From Heteronotia binoei (taxonomy: Eukaryota), in the NCBI RefSeq assembly GCF_032191835.1, contig NC_083236.1, forward strand, positions 72,292,001 to 72,356,000: a DNA stretch of 64,000 nucleotides. Reading direction: 5' to 3'. A program made the translations under genes and the position numbers. The notes under the pieces are model-generated. The model worked only from the letters and a program-made list of their open reading frames with translations, ran no database searches and was not told the DNA's origin. This document shows positions 35,801 to 53,964 of this stretch, piece after piece (the first letter of the stretch is position 1; the number at the start of each line of letters is the position of its first letter).

Positions 35801-38800
35801 TCTTTTTATTTAGGATGTTACAGATCCCTATAGAGTGACCTTTACTTTGAAACTTGCTCCAGCTCTTGGTTGAGCATATGGTCAATGACTGCCTTCCCAG
35901 GGAAGAGGTCTGTGTGCTCTTCTGGAGTCAGCACCCAAGGAAAAAGACCTCCTTCCTGCAGCAAGGAGTTTTTATCATATCTGTTTCTCCTCCCCCTGGC
36001 CAGGTTAAGGGAGCTTTTTCTCTTTCCTGGAGAATTTGTAGCATTCCGTTCTTCCAAAACTCTGTTCCCTGCTTGGAGAAAGGGAAGATTGTGATCTCTC
36101 CTGTTAGATCTATTAGCATTGGAATGAAGGGGGGGTAGAAGTACATCTAAGAAGCAATTGCACAACTCTTCCCCATGCCTGTTCTCTGCCCGGGGGGGGG
36201 GGGTGTGAAACAAAATGCACAGTGGAGGCTTTGCTCATCTCAGACCTCCCAGGAGGAAAAAGAATGCAGTTCTTCACATCTGGTCCATCTGCTTGCTTGC
36301 AACAGCTGCTGAGCAAGGCCTGGTGGCCCAGCCCATTCCACTGGGGATGTGTCAGTGAGGCAGGGGAGGCAGATGCCCCTTGACAGCCGAAAGTGGCTTG
36401 GGGGGCCAGTGAGGAAGAAGATTTGGAGCACCAAGCGTGTGGTTGGGTTTTTGCTTCCTGAAATGCGTCTTTCTGCCGCTGCTCTCTGATTTTCCCCCTG
36501 GAGGCTTATTTCTGGTGGCATTTCTGAGGCTTGGCCCCCTCTGCTGTCAGTGGTGGTGGCAGCAGCGAGGGGGGGTCCCCTACCTCAAGGGGGGAGGAGC
36601 ACTTGGACGCAGAAGGACAATGGCTCCTGTCAGCCCCAATTGGTCTGTGGGGCAGACTTCCCGGGCAGCTCTCTCCTTTGCCTTGGCAGAGAGCTGCATC
36701 CCAGGGAGGGGCAGGTAGCCAAAAGGGCCTTTCCCCATTGCCATCTCATAGGAGGGACCGTCTTGGACAGGGCTGAGTTTGGAGTGCTTCCGCAAGCCTG
36801 GGTAGTCTTTAGGCTTGACTACTGAAATGTATGCTGTTCGAGGCTACCCTTGAAGACATTTGGGAAGCTTCAGTCAATGCAGGAGGCGGCTGAGGCAGGA
36901 GCAGAGCAGCTAATCTGGAGTCCCGTAGCTCCTGAGAGATCCACAGGGTTTTGGGGTATAACAGCCCCTTTATCAGATGCTTCCGTTTCAAAAGCTTCTG
37001 CCCTCGTATCTACAACTGGTTATTGATATGCTGTGCCCTGTCTGCTGGTGGTGTGTTTTATTCATTGCTTTTACTATTAATTTTAATTTGGTGTTTGATA
37101 TGTAGGGTTTTATTGTTATTTTTATATGTTGTGATCAGCCTTGAGCCCGTTTACGGGAAAAAGGCAGAATATAAGCCGACCAAATAAATAAATCTAGCTG
37201 CTCCACTGCAGACCAGGCAGCAGTTTCATTGGCCACCCCTCTGTGTTTCACTTTGGTTCAAGGCACTGTGGTGATCTTGGGAAGCTGTTCCACCCTGTGG
37301 GGATCCTACAGATACGGTCCTTCCTCTTGGGCCTCTTCTGGCCTATGATAAGCCTTCTAATCCATTAAACTGCTGGCTTGAGGAACCAGGGAAAATGTAG
37401 AAATATACCTGCTGGATGGAAAACAGCAGGAGAGGAGCATCTGTTAACCAACTGGTATCTTTAAGGCTACTGGCAGTGAGTTCCGTAATGTAATTCCTTC
37501 TTGAGTACAGGAGGCCTCCTGTTTGCCTCTCCTGAACCTATTGCCCATCAGCTCAGTTGAGTGCCCCTGAACTTGTTATGGGGAAGAGGCAAAAGGTTTT
37601 CTCTGCTTTCTCCATGGCCCACCCCCTCCCCCCTGGCAGGCTCTGAAAGGTCCCAGGCCCTTCCACCCTCCAGCCATTCCAGTGCCTTCATCACCTTGGG
37701 GGTGCACTTCTGCAACAGCCTGTGATGATGCCACTGCCCTGCCTTCTGGAGCTTGGGAGAGGAGGTTTGTTTCATTCTTCTGGATGTTGTCTTTTGCCTG
37801 CAGGTGTCGGCACATTTTTCATTTACCAGATGGCTTCCAGGTTTACCCGGTGAAAATCCTGCAGTCTTGTTTGCGCTTCAACCACAGCCGGCAAGCAGTT
37901 GAGGACAACCATCTTCAGAGCCAAGGCAAGGTGGTTCCATGTGGGGCAGGTGAGTGAGCACTAAGGCCTGCCTAAGCAGAGAGCAGCTGAGGAGAGGAGG
38001 GGTCCCTGGGATGATGGGGGAAGTTGCCTGGATGCAGTGGGAGCCAAATTGCTTTGAAACTGCAGCTCACCCATCTCCCCAGCATAAGCAGACATGTGGC
38101 GGCTCAGGGCTGGGAGGAAGGCTGTGGATAAGAGAAGCCTCTGCTCTGAGCTTGGACAGTGTGGGTGGGCTGTTTGCAGGGCTTTGGGAGGGGGGAGGAT
38201 GGCAACAAAGACTGCACGGGAAAGGCAGGCTCAGGGAGAGGGAGAGGTGGTGCCTTTGAGGAATGGGAGGGTGCAGAAAGGAGCTGGGGGATGCTGGGTG
38301 TTGTGCTCTGTGTGCCTAGCAAGTAACTCCTGCTTGGTCCTCTGTTGATCAGCCATCAGCTGGAGCAAGATTCCTGAAGACCCACTGGACGTCACTTCCA
38401 ACGGCTTCAAGCAGGGGACCACCAAAAAAGCGGTTGGCAGCCTGAAGTGTAGGTGTGTTCATAGCCGGAGAGGAGTCTCAAAGAGACCACAGTCATGCTG
38501 GAGTCCCTCCTGCCCTTCTCTTGAAGGCTGGACACAGCACAACCAAAGACTCTGTGTGTGTGTGTGTGTGGTGCACACCCACTCCTGGGAGGGAGGGGTG
38601 TGAGAGAGCAAGGGCCATACCTGATTTACTGAAGCACGGATGGCTTTATGGTGGATGTTCGATTCTTCATTTACCCGCCACAGAGAGTTGGGGGTGGGGC
38701 TGTGAGTTTGCCAGGGAGGGGCAGAGGATTGGATTGGTAGTTTGGAGGCCCTCGGTGCAGAGGCAGTGTTGGGGCTGCTGGGCTGCACCAAAGAAGAGCC

Positions 38801-41800
38801 ATCTGGCATAATACTTAGTGGGCTGGATTAAGTTTGAGAAGCCTGGTGTCATCCTGGAAAAGATCTGGTGGCCTAGTGTGTGCACACCCCTTCCCCTCAT
38901 AACCTCATTTGGAAGGGCCAGACAGAGGAGCAGGAAGTCACATGCAATGCCGTGAGCTCTGTGGAGGAAAGGTGGGATAAAAATGGCATCGTAAGCACAA
39001 TGACAGGAACAGCTGAATAGCAGCCACCAAAGGGGGGCTCTGCATGCTTCATCCTGATCTCCTCCAGGTTTTGGACAGCCAGCTTATGCTTGGGAAACCT
39101 CTGCTGCTTGCTGACTGTCCTGCAGAGGTGGCAGGGTTGATCGTGTTCCTCTTGTCCTTGTGATGCATATTGGACAGGCCACCAGCTTGGTTGTACCCCA
39201 AAGCCCCCAAACTTTGACTTACCTTCGGTCCACCTGGGGTGTGTTGTGGGGCCTCTTGAAATTTCCTTTCTGTACCCCTTGAGGCAGGCAGCAGAACCAG
39301 TTTTCACTGGAGTGCTTTGTGGAGAAGGGGAAGTCACTCAGGGTGGCCGTTCAGGGCTGAAGCTGAGCCTCTTGGCTTCCTCCCAGAAACAGGCAACTGG
39401 GCTGCTGCATAGTTTTCACAATGGCGGCAGAGCCCCCGAGTGTCTTGATGGTCCCTTCAATGGGCAGAGGCACTGTCCTAATGCCTTGCAGTGGAGAATG
39501 TCCCGCTGCACTCTGGCAGCTCCCCATCAGGGAGGATGTAGCTCAGCAGACCTCAGGATACAGGAAGGGCGGCGGGGGGCAGTGGAGAGGCTGAAATCCT
39601 GGGGTGCTGCAACAGACACGGTGGAGCTCATGGGTCTCTGGCTATCTGTCAAAGGTAAATTGCACACTTGTGGAACCCTGATTTGGATCAGTCAATTAAC
39701 ACTTCTGTCTTTGCTTGGTTTAGTTAAAACCAGCCCCTTCCCCAAAATGTTTATTAACATTATAAAGGGAAGAAAGAAGGAATTTGATCTCTCTTTTGGC
39801 AGGTCTCGGATCTGCAAGGTAGAGCTATTCCATGAATTCCTGAAGATAGTGGCCCAAATTCCACAGGAGAATTTGCCAGGAACTCTCAGGTGGGAAAATC
39901 CTTCTGACTGGTGTGTTCTGGGTTTCCCTGGCCCGGGAGGGTTGCCTTTGTTTCCCTTCTCCCCATCTTGCCCCCCTCCTGTCCTTTCCTCCTCTATATT
40001 GCAGTTAAAGATGGGTGTTTTTAGGGAGCAGGCTGCTGCCACCATTCCTGTGCTCCACTTAGAAGAGATGTCCAGGATCATCTAGTCCAACCCCCTGCAC
40101 AATGCAGGAGAGTCACGTGCCTACCCCCAACCCCACCCCCAGTGACCCCTGCTCCATGTTCAGAAGGTGGCAGTAAGCCTCCAGGATCCCAGAGAAAACC
40201 TCCAAACTGGCCTGGAGAAAAATTGCTGACTGATCCCAAAATGTCGATCCCTAGGTGTGTAAGAAAGCCATGAGAATTAAGCACTTATGCAACCCTTCCT
40301 GCTCTCCCTTTCATTATCTGCCTAAGTTCACAGAGTCAACGTTGTTGTCAGGTGGTCCTCTAGCCTCTGTTTGAAAGCCTCTAAAGGAGCCCACCACCTC
40401 CCAAGGAGGCTTGTTCCACTGATCTTCCTGATGTTGAGCCAGAAACTTTTTAAATTTACTTTCAACCCATTGGTTTTGGTCTGACCTCCTGGGGCAACAG
40501 AAAACATTTCCACGCCATCCTTGTGGCTTGTCTTGGCAGGAACCAGCTCTGCATAGCTGCAGGCTTATCATAAGCGTTCCAGAAATGCAGATCTTTCTCA
40601 GCCTAGGAAATGGCTTGGGGCAGTTTGGCTCCTGCACCATCTGGAAGCTGGAGAGCCCAGGCCTGACTTCGATGCTGTGAGGGCAGTGCTTGTACTCTGC
40701 TGGCCAGGTGTCCGTTATGCAACTGATACATCCTGTCCCCATCATGTCCCCCCCAGCAGTTTGGCAATTTCCTGTGGAATTCTTAGAGTCTGTTGCTTGT
40801 TTCCCCTCTGTCTCTGTCCAGGAAAATGGGACTCAGTTGGTTTTGAGTAGAACCAGCCTTTCCTCCCTTTGACGGGGCCCGGGGGCTTAGTTCAGCAGAG
40901 TTCCCCAGTGGGTTGGGCCTTGATCACAGCAGTTCAAGAGCTCCGCGTGCAGTTGGCTGATCTTGATTTTCAAAAGGCTGCCTCCCCACTTGGCTCTGGC
41001 AGTCTCCCCCTTCTTTTGGCTGCCTTCTTTTACAGAGGGCTGGCTGAAATCTGTCATAGCTCCGGTGGGGAAACATGTTATAAACTGGATGCAGCTGGTG
41101 TGTGCCAGATGCTGTTTGATCATGTCCCCACAGGGTGGGCACAGACCCCTCATTTTCTTTGAACATGAATGTATGTAGTCTTTTCATGCATGCAAGGGTA
41201 GGTAGAGGCTTTCAGAGACAGCCAACAATAACTTCTTGCAGAAAGCACACCGAAGGGAATATCACAAGCATAGCAGTTAAGAAGAGGAGGAGATTGGAGT
41301 CATGTCCCACCTTTCACTCAGAGTCTCAGAGTGGCTTACAATCTCCTTCCCTTCCTCTCCCCACAATCAGCCCCTTGTGTGGTAGGTGGGGCTGAGAGAA
41401 TTGGGACCGACCCAAAGTCACTGAGCTGGCTGCATGTGGAGGAGTAGGAGATCAAACCCTGTCTGCTGCTCTTAACTGCTGCACCACACCGATAGGGATA
41501 GCCCTGCTGGATCAGAGCAGTAGTCCATCTAGTTCGGCATTCTGACACAAAAAAGCATGGACGCTGAGGCCTTCTCCTGACATCTCCTGGTATCAGTATT
41601 CAGAGTCTTACTGCCTCTAAATGTGGTGTCCTTGAGTCACCAGGGATAACATCTGCTGATAGAGCTCTCATCCATGAATCTGTCTCATCCCCCTTTAAAG
41701 TCATCTATACCTGTGGCCATCGCTACTTCCTCTGGCAGAGAATGCCACATATTAATGGTTCTGTGTAAATAAGTAAATAAAGAAGAGCCCTGTGGCGCAG

Positions 41801-43465
41801 AGTGTTAAAGCTGCAGTACTGCAGTCGGAACCCTTTGCTCACGACCTGAGTTTGATTCCAGCGGAAGCTGGTTCAGGTAGCCGGCTCCAAGTTGACTCAG
41901 CCTTCCGAGGTCAGTAAAATGAGCACCCAGCTTGCTGGGGGGAGGAAGTGTAGATGACTGTGGAAGGCAATGGCAAACCATCCCGTAAAAAGTCTGCCGT
42001 GAAAGCATTGTGAAAGCAACGTCAACCTAGAGTCGGAAATGACTGGTGCTTGCACGGGACTACCTTTACCTTTTTAAATAAGTACTCCTTACTGCCCATC
42101 AAAAGTCATTGGTTGCCCTTGAGTTCTGGTATTTTGGGAGAGGCGGAATTCTATTTACTCTCTCTACCCCATGAATATTTTTTTAAACCTTTCAAGTTAT
42201 CTCCCTGCCCACCCCCACCCAGTCATCTCTTTTCTAAAAGGAAAAGTCCCAGACTCTTCCTCATATGAAAATTACTCTCCAAGCCTTTAATCATCTTCTG
42301 CACATTTTCCAGCTCAGCAATGTCCCTTTTGAGATCTGTACAGGGGAAGGTAGAATATTTTGTCCCACTGTGCATCATCTTAGATGTACCTCTATGGTTG
42401 GAGAGATCCTCCTAGAGTTCTTCATAGTTGCCCTTGGTTTTCAGCTTCCTGTATAATTCTGTGTTACTGGCAAACTCAGCCACTACACTGCTCATCACCA
42501 CTATCAAATAATTAATGAACAAATTAAATAGCACTCTCCCCTTCCCCCCCCAAAAATCCTTCTGGGAGCCCACTGCTCACTTCCCTCCATTGTCCAGTGA
42601 TTCCCACACTCTCCTTTCTGTTACTGTTCACCAGTTTTTAATCCTTAATAAGAGGAACTGTCCTTTTGTCCCCAGCTAAGAGGACTCAGGAGCCTTTCCA
42701 AAGTTCTCCTCCATAATCCTTCCTCTGGGATCCATTTGAAAGAGAACAAGGAGCCTCTTCTCCTGACCCGTGTTCCCTCTAAACTGCAGAGTCTTGTCAG
42801 CAAAATTCTACATTCAAGGTGTGAGCTCCGGCATTATTTCGTGTGCTCTGGGGCCATTCTTCCTGAGCTAAGACAAACATGTGAGCTGGAGGCTAAAAAT
42901 CTGTGAGCTGGCTCATGCTAACCCAGTTTAGAGGGAACACTGCTCCTGTCCTCATTTTGTGACCTCCTCCCTCTCCCACTGGTCTGCCTCTGGTGAACCA
43001 GGCTGCGTTGCTGCACAACTGAAAGGTGACAAGTGTTGCTTGGGCAGCGGACCCTCCTGATAAGTGTGAGAGTTTTCTGCTGGCTTCAGGTGTGAAGAGC
43101 TGTGGAGTGTCTCACCAGGTGGTGGTGGTGGGGTCCATAGGGTAGTGTTGACCAGTTGTTCAGAAAGGGGGGCCATTGCTCAGCCAGGAAGCCCCATGCC
43201 AGAGCACTCTCGTAGGTGGCCTCCTCTAGGCCAAGGCCTTTGCCGAAGGGGAAGTCTCCTTTTGTGTTTGGGAGGGGGTGGCAGAGGGAGAGCCAGTCAG
43301 GGAAATGACACCCCCCGCCCCCTCCTCTTCAGATCTAAGAGACTGCAGACCTACTGGGAGTACAAGGAAGCTGCCACCGGTTACCAAGAGGCTTGGCAAG
43401 AGCTGTGGAGCCAGGCCTTCTCTTCCTGGGTGAGGAATAGCCGGGGTTACCTGAACTTCACCTAG
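32803..43465 (+). CDS. ADAT1: tRNA-specific adenosine deaminase 1 (473 aa, 9 coding exons)
   Basis: Exons 32803-32965, 33239-33304, 33398-33452, 33990-34120, 34772-35312, 37804-37949, 38353-38452, 39803-39889, 43333-43465. GT-AG introns, 1422 nt in frame. Motifs [42 protein letters not shown]. Confidence 0.97.
35780..36140. repeat. Unclassified dispersed repeat fragment
   Basis: Collinear similarity to ~57480-57830 (CCCAAGGAAAA...AGCATTC...CAAAACTCTGT.CCCTGCT.GGAGAA...CTCCTGTTAGATC). Family not recognised. Confidence 0.45.
36790..37195 (+). mobile_element. L2-like LINE 3' fragment
   Basis: Degenerate RLDY...PLK.I.KLQ..QEAAA coding remnant, T-rich 3' UTR and AAATAAATAAA end. Confidence 0.45.
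40070..40530 (-). mobile_element. CR1 LINE 3' fragment
   Basis: The - strand reads ...[27 protein letters not shown]..., typical of the CR1 ORF2 C-terminus, followed by 3' UTR. Confidence 0.7.
41783..42075 (+). mobile_element. Sauria-type SINE
   Basis: GAGCCCTGTGGCGCAGAGTGTTAAAGCTGCAGTACTGCAG head and GGGACTACCTTTACCTTT tail. Confidence 0.8.
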
Positions 43466-43575
43466 CAGGAAGGAGCCATGCTGGCGAGAGAACGGATTCC
43501 CTCTGCTGCCTTGCTGCTGACAGGACTGCCTTTTCCACTTGCACCCGTCTGGATTGTGTTCCTATAAATGAGGTA

Positions 43576-43581
43576 AATAAA
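43576..43581 (+). terminator. ADAT1 polyadenylation signal AATAAA
   Basis: AATAAA about 110 nt after the TAG. Confidence 0.55.
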
Positions 43582-45029
43582 GTTCCACACATGCTGCAGG
43601 GCTCTCGATAAAGAGGTTGGCTCCTCAGCTCAGAGAATCATATTTGATGCCCCTTCAATTGTAGACACTGAAGAACAACAAAAAGAGGCACCAAAAGAGG
43701 TGATTCTTCAGTCTGCTGTTTTGAACCAAGGGAACTCGCCTAAAAGCGGAAGCTGCTGGAGAGAAAAGGATGAGATGGGAGTCTCCCGAGTGGCTCACAA
43801 TCTCCTTTCTTTTCCTCTTCCCACAACAGACATCCTGAAGGCTGAGGCAGGTGGGGCCAAGAGAGCTCTGAGAGAACTGCTCTGAAAGAATGTGTGACTG
43901 ATCTGAAGTCATTCAGCAGGTGCATGTGGGGGAGGAGTGGGGAATCAAACCTGGTTCTCCCAGATTAGAGTCTGTGCACTCAACCACTGCACCGAACTGG
44001 CTTTTCGCCAACCTTCAGGTGAAGGAGCTCTGACTGAAGGCACCTGCCAGGGGTGGCAGCAGCAGCACCTCCTGTGGGGGGAGAGGCTGGCCCCAGGCAA
44101 GCAGAGGCTGGCAGGTATCCGGCTCCCACTTCTGAGAGTTGCCGGTTTGACTTGTGCGTTCCTCGAGCTGTTCCCCAAGTGAGTCAGAAGAGCCATTCCA
44201 GCTGCTTTTAGCACAGTTGGGACCCTGCCTTGCCATGTTTAGGTGCCTCCTTATTCCTCACAAAGTTAAGGCTCTGCTGAACTCGGGAGGCCCAGAAACA
44301 TGACCCAGTGGGCCCTGTTTGTTTCCTTCATGTTCTGAAGCTGGGTGCGGCAGGAAGGAGCCCCACGCTTGGCTGAGCAGAATTCCCACCTGCTTTGTTG
44401 AGTCTGGGTGGAGGTGTTGAGAACACAGCCTCTGGCATGCCTCCTGGGGCAAGAGCAGCCGCTAGAAGCCCACTGCAATGCCTCCCTCACCCAAGCACGA
44501 AGAGGTGGAGGCTCCAGGTTCCCTGGGCCTGAGCCTTGGCTCTGACATCTGACATTTCTCAAGGGCTGTGCACATTTTGTGATGTCGAAAGCCCATGTGT
44601 CCTGCAGCTGGTTGCTGCAGAAACAGCAGTTGCCATATTAAATGGAAAACAAGCTGCTGCTTCACGTTGGGGCTTTGAAAAGAGAGAGATCATCCTGGAC
44701 ATGCATGCACATCCACCAGGGTGTCCAGTTGCCCCCACTCTGTTGCTGGCAGGCTGCCTTGGCGTGGGGGTCACCACTCCCCCTGCAGGCAGAGGCAAGA
44801 GGGCATCTCCTTTCCTGTGTCACGGCCCAGAAGCGCTGCCTGGTGCCAGCCTCTCTGTCAGCTAGGGAGGAGGCTCCAAGCAGCCCAGGGCACCCTGTGT
44901 CCACCCTGGGAAAGGAGGAGGCCGACCTGTGAGATGCACAGGGAAGCAGGGAGGGAGGGGGTACCACAAGTGGCAGTCTACCTCTGTGGGGTTTATTTTG
45001 GGGGGAGGGTCCTTTGTTAATAGAACCAC

Positions 45030-48000
45030 CGAGTTGGAAGGGGCCATAGAGGCCATCTAGTCCAGTCTCCTGCTCAAGAGCATCCCAGACAAGTGTTCAT
45101 CCAACCACTGCTTGAAGACTGCCAGTGAGGGTGGGGGCGCTCACCACCTCCCTAGGTAGCTGATTCCACTGTTGAACAACTCTGACTGTAAAGACAATTT
45201 TCCTATATCCAGCTGATACCTTCCCATCCTAGACCCATTATTGTGAGTCCTCTCCTCTGCTGCCAACTGGAACAGCGCCCCGCCCTCCTCTTGAGTGACA
45301 GCCCTTCAAAGACTTTAATTAAAGGGAGCAATCCTGTCCCCCCTCTTCTCCCAAGTCCCTCAGCCTTTCCTCCTCAGAGGCCCCTGGTCATCCTTGTCGC
45401 TCTCCTCTGCATCCGCTCCATTCTGTCTACATCCTTTTCGAAGCGAGGCCTCCAGAACTCCAGGTACAGCGGGACTGTGACATCTTGCAATGTGGATGTT
45501 ATGCCTCTGTTGATACACAAGATTGCAATTGCCTTTTTTGCTGCTGCATCACACTGGCTGCTCATATTTAACTTACAGTCCCCCCATACCCCAAGATCTC
45601 GTTCATCCAGTATGCATGTTGCTCATTTTGCCCACTTTCCCAACATGTTCAGATCTCGCTGAATTCTATATCTTTTGGTGTGTTCCCTACTCCTCCCAAT
45701 TTTGTGATATCTGCAGATTTAATGAGTAGCCTCTCCACATCCTCATCCAGATCATTTATAAGAATATTTAAAAGTACCCTGCCCAGAACCAAGCCCTGTG
45801 GCACTGCACCGGACTCCTCCCTCCACTGAGATGAAATGCCATTGACAACTACTCTTTGAGTGCAGTTCTCCAACCAGTTCCCTATCCACCTAATTAGCCT
45901 AGAGTCCAGTCCATGATCTTCTAGTTTACCCATCAGAACATCATGAGGAACCCTGCCCGAAGCTTTACTGAAATGCAGGTACACAACAGCAACAGCATCC
46001 CCTCGACCCAGGAAGCTCGTGACTCAATCAAAGGAGGAAATGAGGTCCTGGCAGAACCTGTTGGGGACAAATCCGTGCTGACTTCCTCAGATCACCAAGC
46101 AGTCCTTTAGATGCTCACAGATTGATCCCTTTAAAATCTGCTCCAGTATTTCCCCTGGGACAGAGATCAGACTGACTGGCCTCTAGTTTCCTGGGTCATC
46201 CCTCCACCCTTTTTTTGAAAATGGGGATAACATTTGCCCTCCTCCAGTCTTGTGGCATGTCTCCCGCCCTCCAATAGGTCTGGAAGACGATGGACCAAAA
46301 GTTCTCTAGAGACTTCTTTGAGCACTGGTGGGTGCATGCCATCTGGCCCGGGGGATTTGTACTCATTCAATGCAGCCAGGGGCTTCTCAGCTTTCTCTCT
46401 GCCCATGTCAACCAGGCAGCTTGGACGCTGTGCCTTGCCCACTCCCATCTCTAGATGAGCCTGTTCGCTTCTTCAGGGGGAAATCTGAGGCAAAATAGGC
46501 ATGAAGCTTTTCAGCTTTCTCTGTCCTCTGTCCAAGTTTCTCCATTTCCACCCAACAGTGGGTGTTGTAGCGAGCCTCCCTGGCCAGCTTTAGCGCAGTG
46601 TGCTTTGGCCTCTCCAACGGCTGACCTGCAGTGCCTACAACCCATCAGGCCTCAGAGTCAGTGGAGCTCCTGAATCTCTGAGAGTTCCACCTCCTTCTCC
46701 ATTGAATAGTAGGTGCAGCTGCATAACAATCCCTGGATGAGCTCCACCACCTATTTTTCTACAAAATGACCCCTGCAACCCATAGATACTCTTCTTTAGA
46801 GGTATGTCCTTGCTTCCATTTCTTGAACATTTCCCTTTTCTTCCCCCTTAGCACATCATGGAGCTCTGTCTTGGATCCCTACCAGGTTTCCTTCTTGTTG
46901 GAACGGCAATACCTTCAGCTTGCAAGACCTAAATAAAGTGCACAGTTGTATCATCCCAAAACCATCCCCCCCCCCCCCCCGGCGGTCTGTAGAAAAATTG
47001 TCTTTCACAGAGCTGGTCCTTGGTGCCAAAAAGGTTGGGGACCACTGGCCTAAAGCACCTGACAAATAATCATCCAGCTGTGTTTTGAAGACTGTCAATG
47101 AAGGAGGGCTTCCTAGGCAGCTGGCTCCACCTCTGATCTCTGTTAAAAAAAATTTTTCTTAATATCCAGCCGGTACCTTTCTGCTTGTAATTTGAGCCCA
47201 TTGCTTCGAGTCCTATCCTTGGCTGCCAAGTGGAACAGCTCCTTGCCCTCCTCTAAATGACAGCCTTTCAAATATTGAAAGAGAGCCCTCCTGTCCCCCC
47301 TCAATCTCCTCTTCTCCAGGCTGAACCTTCCCAAGGCCCTCCTCAGCCTTTCCTCAGAGGGCTCTTCCTCCAGGCTCTCTTCTGCACCCGCAGCCGTTCA
47401 TGAGCAGCAGTTCCACCACTTCATGTTTATGAGCAGCCATTCCACCCCTTCATCCAGATCATTGAAAAAAATGTTGAAAAGAACTATGCCCAAAACAGAG
47501 CCCTGCGGCACCTCTCTGGACACCTTTTTGCAATCTGACGAAACTCCATTGACAACCACTCTTTAGGTAGTCCTCTCCACTGAACTGTCCTATAGTCCAG
47601 TCTACAGTCCTCCAGGCTGCCCATCAGAATGTCACGGGGAACTGTATCAAAAGCTTTACTAAAATCCAGGTAAACCACATCAACAGTGCTCCCGCAGTCC
47701 AAACTATGCTTGCAGCTCCCATCACCTCCTGTTACAGTGAATTCCAAATATTAATCACCTTTTGGGGAAGAAGTACTTCCTTTTATCAGTTCTAACCTGA
47801 CTGCTCGGCAATTTCATTGAATGTCCAAGAGTTCTCATATTGGGAGAAAAGTGCCACTATCTCTACCTTCTCTATCCCATGCATAATCTTGTAAGCCTCT
47901 ATCATGTCTCCCCTCAGTCAATGTTTCTCCAAGCTAAAAAGCCCCAAACGTTTTAACCTTTCTTCATAGGGAAACTGTCCCAACCCTTTAATCATTCTAG

Positions 48001-48230
48001 TTGTCCTTTTCTGCACTTTTCCCAGTGCTATAATATCTTTTTTGAGGTGTGACCAGAATTGTACTTTTTTGAGGTGTGACCAGTATTCCAAATGAGGCTG
48101 CACCATCGATTTATACAGGGGCATTATGATACTGGCTGATTTGTTTTCCAATTCCCTTCCTAATACCTGATTAAAGAAGGAAATCAGGTTGGTCTGGCAA
48201 GACCTGTTTGAGACAAATCCATGCTTTAGC
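45030..48230 (-). mobile_element. Cluster of decayed CR1 LINE fragments (RT domain and C-terminus), with small hAT pieces interspersed
   Basis: - strand peptides KSPGPDGMHPPVLKE, YLHFSKA...VPQG.VLG..L.NI.INDL, DVVYLDFSKAFDTVP, FSLEKRRLRGD and SQCDAAAKKA. Confidence 0.85.
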
Positions 48231-48559
48231 CTCTGGCTCACACATTTTTGTCTTAGCTCAAGGAAACTAATTTCTGCAGGCTCACAAATTTAATGGCAGT
48301 ACTCACAAAGTAGAATTTTTGCTCACAAGACTCCGCAGCTTAGAGGGAACACTGCTGCCCAAGTGTGCTCTCTGTCCCCCTAACCCATATCTACCCTCCA
48401 TGAGCCAAAGGGTGTGGAATTGTTAGCCACACACCAGTCCTGCAGCATTCACCTGGAGGAACTGAAAAGGGAGAAAATGGTCAAGCTATGAAATGATTCC
48501 TCCTTTTGCCTCTGTGTTCATGACATACAATGAGGATAATGTACATCTGTTCCATGGTT

Positions 48560-49250
48560 ATCAGGCATTTACTCTGGCAAACGATCACATTTGAGTGCTA
48601 AAATGTCAATTATACCAGTGTGCATTTGCAATAAAAAAGGCCAACGCCATGCTTGGAATTATTAGGAAGGGAATTGAAAACAAATCAGCCAGTATCATAA
48701 TGCCCCTGTATAAATTGATGGTGCGGTCTCATTTGGAGTACTGTGTGCAGTTCTGGTCACTGCACCTCAAAAAGGCTATTAGAGGCATTGGAGAAAGTCC
48801 AGAAAAGGGCAACTAGAATGATTAACGCTTGGGACTCTTTAGCTTGGAGAAACGTCGACTGAGAGGTGACATGATAGAGGTTTACAAGATAATGCATGGG
48901 ATGGAGAAAGTAGAGAAAGAAGTACTTTTCTCCCTTTCCCACAATACCAGAACTCGTGGGCATTCGATGAAATTGCTGAGCAGACAGGTTAAAACGGATA
49001 AAAGTAAGTACTTCTTCACCCAAAGGGTGATTAACATGTGGAATTCACTGGCACAGGAGGTGGTGGCGGCCACAAGCATAGCCACCTTCAAGAGGGGTTT
49101 AGATAAAAATATGGAGCAGAGGTCCATCAGTGGCTATTAGCCACAGTGTGTGTGTATATATATAAAAATTTTTGCCACTGTGTGACACAGAGTGTTGGAC
49201 TGGATGGGCCGTTGGCCTGATCCAACATGGCTTCTCTTATGTTCTTAACT
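48560..49250 (+). mobile_element. CR1 LINE 3' fragment in the opposite orientation
   Basis: KANAMLGIIRKGIENK...[11 protein letters not shown] and LFSLEKRRLRGDMIEVYKI...RTRGHSMKL...FFTQRVINMWNSL. Ends CTTATGTTCTTA. Confidence 0.9.
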
Positions 49251-49404
49251 AAAAAAGCAGCATGCCACTGCATAATTGGTTAAAAAAAGATTTAAGAGTG
49301 AAAGCCAGAAGTTAAAGACTTGTTAGCTTACAATTTCTATCCTTTGTAAACTGCTAGAAAGTGTGGTTATGGTTATTTTGTGAAACATATCAAAGAACAT
49401 CCAC

Positions 49405-49410
49405 TTTATT
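49405..49410 (-). terminator. Probable GABARAPL2 polyadenylation signal
   Basis: TTTATT on the + strand, about 575 nt past the stop codon. Confidence 0.5.
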
Positions 49411-49985
49411 CAGAGAAAGAATCTGCACAAATTTTGCCAAAGCAGTTTGGTTGCCACTTTCCACCTCCAAAGCAAAAGAAGAGCCTGCCCTTGTCCCTCC
49501 ACCCCCACTGTAGCTCTGCTGAAGGGCAAGTAGAGCCACAGGAGCCTGCTCGTTAACACAAAGCTGGAAAATATAATGGAATCACCACAGGTTTGTGAGA
49601 GAAGTTTTAATTATCACAGCCTCTAGTGGAATTCACCAAGAGGAACATATACATCAACATATAAGTATCTTGATACTGCTGAGGATAACCAAGAAGCTCC
49701 CATGACATTAAATAATAATTAAACATTTCAAACCCCCCCCCTCCCAATTTCAACTACTTTGCTTCAATATGTAAACAATAATGCCATGAAATGTTTCTCA
49801 GGAAGGGAGGCGATGGAATTTACAGCCATGATAATGTGCAACAGAAATAAATTACTAGTCTTAACAAACCAAAATCTATCACTACATTAAATCAACCCAG
49901 TGGCGGATGCAGGATAAGCCAAGGGAGGGTCATGATCACAAACCACAAGCTATGTACAAGAAGAGGCGAAGGAGGGGAGATGCTG

Positions 49986-53964
<3,979 letters not shown>

